From: Planctomycetota bacterium
GTDB lineage: Bacteria; Planctomycetota; SZUA-567; H5-PLA8
Direction: 5' to 3'
NCBI GenBank assembly: GCA_038227875.1
Contig: JBBRPR010000101.1
Span: forward strand, 1 to 17,568
DNA: 17,568 nt
The position numbers and the translations under genes are program-made. Shown here in pieces: positions 14,914-17,568 of the stretch (positions are counted from its first letter, which is position 1; the number at the start of each line of letters is the position of its first letter). The notes below the pieces were generated by a model. That model did no database searches and had not been told where the DNA came from. It was given only the letters and a program-made list of their open reading frames with translations.

Positions 14914-15762
14914 ATGGCCGTTGAGACGTTCGACCCCATTATCAGGCTCTTCTGGGAGGGCCGTTGCCGCTCCCACTGGCACGAGGGCCCGCGCCGCATC
15001 TACGACTGCCTGCTCGATTATGTCAGCGCGGGTGAGTACGAATTGGCGATTGGTGGTGTGCGGCATGTGTTGACGACCGGGAGCGTGACGATCGTGCCGC
15101 CAGGCATCCGCAGCGAAGGGCGGGTGGGCACGGGAAGGTCTGCCGTCCGCCACTGCATTCACTTCTCCTGGAACAGCGACTACATCGGCCGCATGCCGCC
15201 CCTGCAAACCCACGCTGACGAACCATTCCGAACGGAAGTTGCGCATCCGGTGCCCCCCGCGATCGCGGCGCGACTGCCGCTGGTCTGGCGCGCGGAACCG
15301 GGCGATTTTCTCGCCATGCAATTGCGCACGCTGCTGAACGCGCTGAGAAAAAACCAGGAGCATGCGCCGTTGCAGCTCTGGCCGGTGCTGCGCTACCTGC
15401 TCGCGTTGAATGAGAAGCCGGCGTTTAGTGCGGCCACTACGTCCGCCGCCAAGGCCGTGTTTGATGTGAAGAGTTTTATCGATACACATTACTATGAAGA
15501 GATTGGCTACGGCGACTTTTGTGAACTGACGCAGATGTCGCAAAGTTATCTCTGCGAGATTTTTCATCACATCGTTGGCACGCCGCCAGCGTTGTACTTG
15601 AATGATGTCAGACTGCAGCACGCCCGCCGATTGCTGCGGGAAGAGAAGCTCTCCATCAAGCAGATTGCTCGAACGATCGGCGTGCGCGATGCCAACTATT
15701 TTGCCCGGCTCTTTCATAAAAGATTTGGCGTGACACCGTCCGCGTATCGGTCATCGCATTAG
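14914..15762 (+). CDS. AraC family transcriptional regulator (282 aa)
   Basis: N-terminal RRIYDCLLDYVSAG...GSVTIVPPG..HCIHF (cupin). C-terminal FIDTHY..MSQSYLCEIF..G.PP..YL..VRLQHARRLL..LSIKQIA..G.RDANYFARLF.KRFGVTPSAYR. Confidence 0.95.
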   Translation: MAVETFDPIIRLFWEGRCRSHWHEGPRRIYDCLLDYVSAGEYELAIGGVRHVLTTGSVTIVPPGIRSEGRVGTGRSAVRHCIHFSWNSDYIGRMPPLQTHADEPFRTEVAHPVPPAIAARLPLVWRAEPGDFLAMQLRTLLNALRKNQEHAPLQLWPVLRYLLALNEKPAFSAATTSAAKAVFDVKSFIDTHYYEEIGYGDFCELTQMSQSYLCEIFHHIVGTPPALYLNDVRLQHARRLLREEKLSIKQIARTIGVRDANYFARLFHKRFGVTPSAYRSSH

Positions 15763-15883
15763 TAGTTCGACAGTGCGCAGGTGCGCAATTCACTGGTGCA
15801 CGCGATTTTTCATCGTGGCAATTGCGTTCGCGCCGTGCTCCGTGTTACATACACACGGCATTAACGTACCCGGAACAACCGCC

Positions 15884-16645
15884 ATGAATTCCAATCTCAG
15901 CGAAGAAGAGTTCAGAGCTTGGAACGAGCGGATGATGCAGATCCACGACAACGAGGCGTTTCATTCCACGTCCAACTGGCTGGTTCGTTCTCTGGCGTCG
16001 CAGCGCGTGACGGAAATTCTCCGCCTGCTGCAAAGTGGGCCCGAGGACACGGCGCTGGATGTAGGCTGCGGGGCCGGCATTATTCTAAACGCGCTGAACG
16101 CCCGCGAGAAGACCGGCGTGGATTTGTGTACGCGCATGCTGGACCGCGCGCGCATCCGATGCGGGGCTCAAACGAAGCTCGTGGAATCATCCGCTGAGCG
16201 GTTGCCCTTCGAAGACCATTCGTTCAGCCGCGTTCTGTGCAGCGAAGTCATCGGCCACGTTCAATCTCCGGAAAATGTCGTGAGCGAACTTCATCGCGTG
16301 CTCAAGCCTGATGGCGTGCTGGTCGTCACCGTGCCGGCGAGCATGAGAGTCGTCTCAATCAAGAAACTGTTGACCCGATTGAAGCTTTACAATCTGTTGT
16401 TGGGCAGCCGCAAGCAGGGCGTGTATTGCCCTCCGGCCAACGACGACTGGTATCTCCATCATTTCACGCCGGGTTCGTTGAAGTATTTATTGGAGCGTCG
16501 CTTTGAGGTGCAGGATGTCTCCTGCATTCCCAATCGGCTCTTTTCCATTCATTATATATTTCACTGCCGACCCAAGGCGCTGCCCGTCGAAATGCAACTC
16601 CCAGTGGCCAAACTGCAGCCCGCCGTTGTTCCTTGCCACGTTTGA
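15884..16645 (+). CDS. Class I SAM-dependent methyltransferase (Methyltransf_11-like, 253 aa)
   Basis: ALDVGCGAG, TGVDL, AERLPFEDHSFSRVLCSEVIGHV, ELHRVLKPDGVLVVTVP and HHFT. I placed the start at ATG 15884 rather than GTG 15773. Confidence 0.92.
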   Translation: MNSNLSEEEFRAWNERMMQIHDNEAFHSTSNWLVRSLASQRVTEILRLLQSGPEDTALDVGCGAGIILNALNAREKTGVDLCTRMLDRARIRCGAQTKLVESSAERLPFEDHSFSRVLCSEVIGHVQSPENVVSELHRVLKPDGVLVVTVPASMRVVSIKKLLTRLKLYNLLLGSRKQGVYCPPANDDWYLHHFTPGSLKYLLERRFEVQDVSCIPNRLFSIHYIFHCRPKALPVEMQLPVAKLQPAVVPCHV

Positions 16646-16663
16646 CACAACCGTTTTTCCGAG

Positions 16664-16681
16664 TTGGCACAGCCTTCGCAA
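16664..16681 (+). promoter_or_regulatory. Sigma54 (RpoN) -24/-12 promoter candidate
   Basis: TTGGCAC-agcct-TCGCAA: GG at 16666-16667 and GC at 16678-16679 with the exact 10-nt separation, one mismatch to TGGCAC-N5-TTGCA, followed by an AT-rich stretch. Confidence 0.6.
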
Positions 16682-16745
16682 AATAATAGTCAGGAAGTCT
16701 ATTGTGTCCTAAGAATCGGACACTTTCATCAGAGAGCCTGACATC

Positions 16746-16976
16746 ATGAGCGAAATGTCGCACAGCGAAAGTTCCGCGATGCTCGACGCCATCCGCGGCA
16801 GCACTTATCCAGAAGCGATTTCGCGACTGGAATGTGGGGGATGGACGATCCTCGAAGCGGTGCGCCGCACCGAAGGTACATTCGTGGTCACGGCAAATAA
16901 TTCCACGCGCCACATGCGCCTGTATGGCAAGTACGAACGCGTGTGGACCGCAAACTTCAGCCGGCGCGACAACTGA
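16746..16976 (+). CDS. Small hypothetical protein (76 aa)
   Basis: The ORF fills the gap between a sigma54-like promoter and a strong hairpin. The RBS is weak (AGAGAG) and no family was recognised. Confidence 0.5.
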   Translation: MSEMSHSESSAMLDAIRGSTYPEAISRLECGGWTILEAVRRTEGTFVVTANNSTRHMRLYGKYERVWTANFSRRDN

Positions 16977-16980
16977 GCAC

Positions 16981-17013
16981 CGCGCACCGTAAGCAACGCG
17001 CTGACGGTGCGCG
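16981..17013. terminator. GC-rich hairpin between convergent genes
   Basis: CGCGCACCGT (16981-16990) pairs perfectly with ACGGTGCGCG (17004-17013), extended by AGC/GCT. There is no clear U-tract, so the terminator role is uncertain. Confidence 0.55.
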
Positions 17014-17029
17014 TACAGTAGTTCGACCT

Positions 17030-17438
17030 TTATAAACTCCACTTCCAGTCGCGGATTTCCGGCATGTCGTCACCGTACTTTCGCACATACTGCTTGTGCT
17101 CCAGCAATTTGTCGCGCATCGCCTGCTTGGCGTAGGCCGCGCGCGAGCCGAGTTGCGGCACGCGATCGACGACATCTTCAAAGAGATGAAAGCGGTCCAG
17201 ATCGTTGAGTACCACCATATCGAACGATGTGGTCGTCGTGCCCTCTTCCTTGTAACCCCGCACGTGGATGTTGCGATGATTGGTGCGGCGGTAGGTGAGC
17301 CGGTGAATCAGCCACGGGTAGCCGTGGAATGCAAAGATGACCGGCTTGTTCGTGGTGAAGAGAACGTCAAAGTCCTTGTCCGACAAGCCGTGCGGATGTT
17401 CACTGGTCGGCTGCAGTTTCATCAGGTCGACGACATTA
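17030..17438 (-). pseudogene. xfp: 3' fragment (about 135 aa, XFP_C domain) of xylulose-5-P/fructose-6-P phosphoketolase, interrupted by an IS
   Basis: [78 protein letters not shown]...[10 protein letters not shown] is the phosphoketolase C-terminus. Similarity stops abruptly at the TA at 17437-17438. Confidence 0.9.
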
Positions 17439-17568
17439 TTGATCCGCGCATAACTAAAGTTGCAATGAAATAGTGTCGATACTCTATGCATGAGACCATT
17501 TGGCACAGCAGAAGAGCTCCAACGGCGGCGAATTCGCGCTGTCGAATTGATGAACAGCGGACAGTCCC
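17439..17568 (+). mobile_element. Left end of an IS630-family insertion sequence (truncated by the window edge)
   Basis: It begins right after a TA dinucleotide, the IS630/Tc1-mariner target. Putative terminal IR TTGATCCGCGCATAA (17439-17453); a transposase-like ORF starts at 17490. Confidence 0.8.
17490..17568 (+). CDS. IS630-family transposase, N-terminal 26 aa (partial)
   Basis: Manual translation gives [26 protein letters not shown]..., matching the typical IS630 HTH start (MRPxGxxxELERRRxRAVxLLxxGxS). Not in the ORF track. Confidence 0.8.
   Translation, partial: MRPFGTAEELQRRRIRAVELMNSGQS

Noticed and set aside
17439..17506. N-terminus [23 protein letters not shown] as part of a 158-aa phosphoketolase
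   Set aside because: It is IS-derived sequence read on the reverse strand, not phosphoketolase.
1..17568. CRISPR array, tRNA or rRNA; one unified biosynthetic gene cluster
   Set aside because: I saw no regularly spaced short repeats or RNA-gene signatures. The tailoring-type enzymes (dioxygenase, methyltransferase, reductases, glycosyltransferase) sit in separately regulated units with no scaffold-forming enzyme.

Overview
This is GC-rich bacterial DNA; a PVC-superphylum (Planctomycetota-like) origin is a weak guess from gene style. It reads as an accessory patchwork of about 14 genes. (1) A large secreted multidomain surface protein on the minus strand (2900 to <1, at least 966 aa) is absent from the ORF track: signal peptide, HYR-like domain, ~7-bladed beta-propeller, Ig, CnaB/carboxypeptidase-regulatory-like, PKD, then 76-aa tandem repeats. 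(2) A Gfo/Idh/MocA oxidoreductase. (3) A transglutaminase-like protein, then an HscC-type Hsp70 translationally coupled to a membrane-anchored J-domain protein. (4) Two divergent AraC modules, AraC/PhyH dioxygenase and AraC/aldo-keto reductase plus Zn-dependent dehydrogenase, each with readable tandem operator repeats. (5) A small secreted protein and a GT-C-like membrane glycosyltransferase. (6) A SAM methyltransferase and a small ORF behind a sigma54-like promoter, the pair bracketed by an 11-bp direct repeat. (7) The 3' end of a phosphoketolase gene interrupted at a TA by an IS630-family element that runs off the right edge. I saw no rRNA, tRNA or CRISPR array. All family calls come from motifs recognised by eye; no searches were run.
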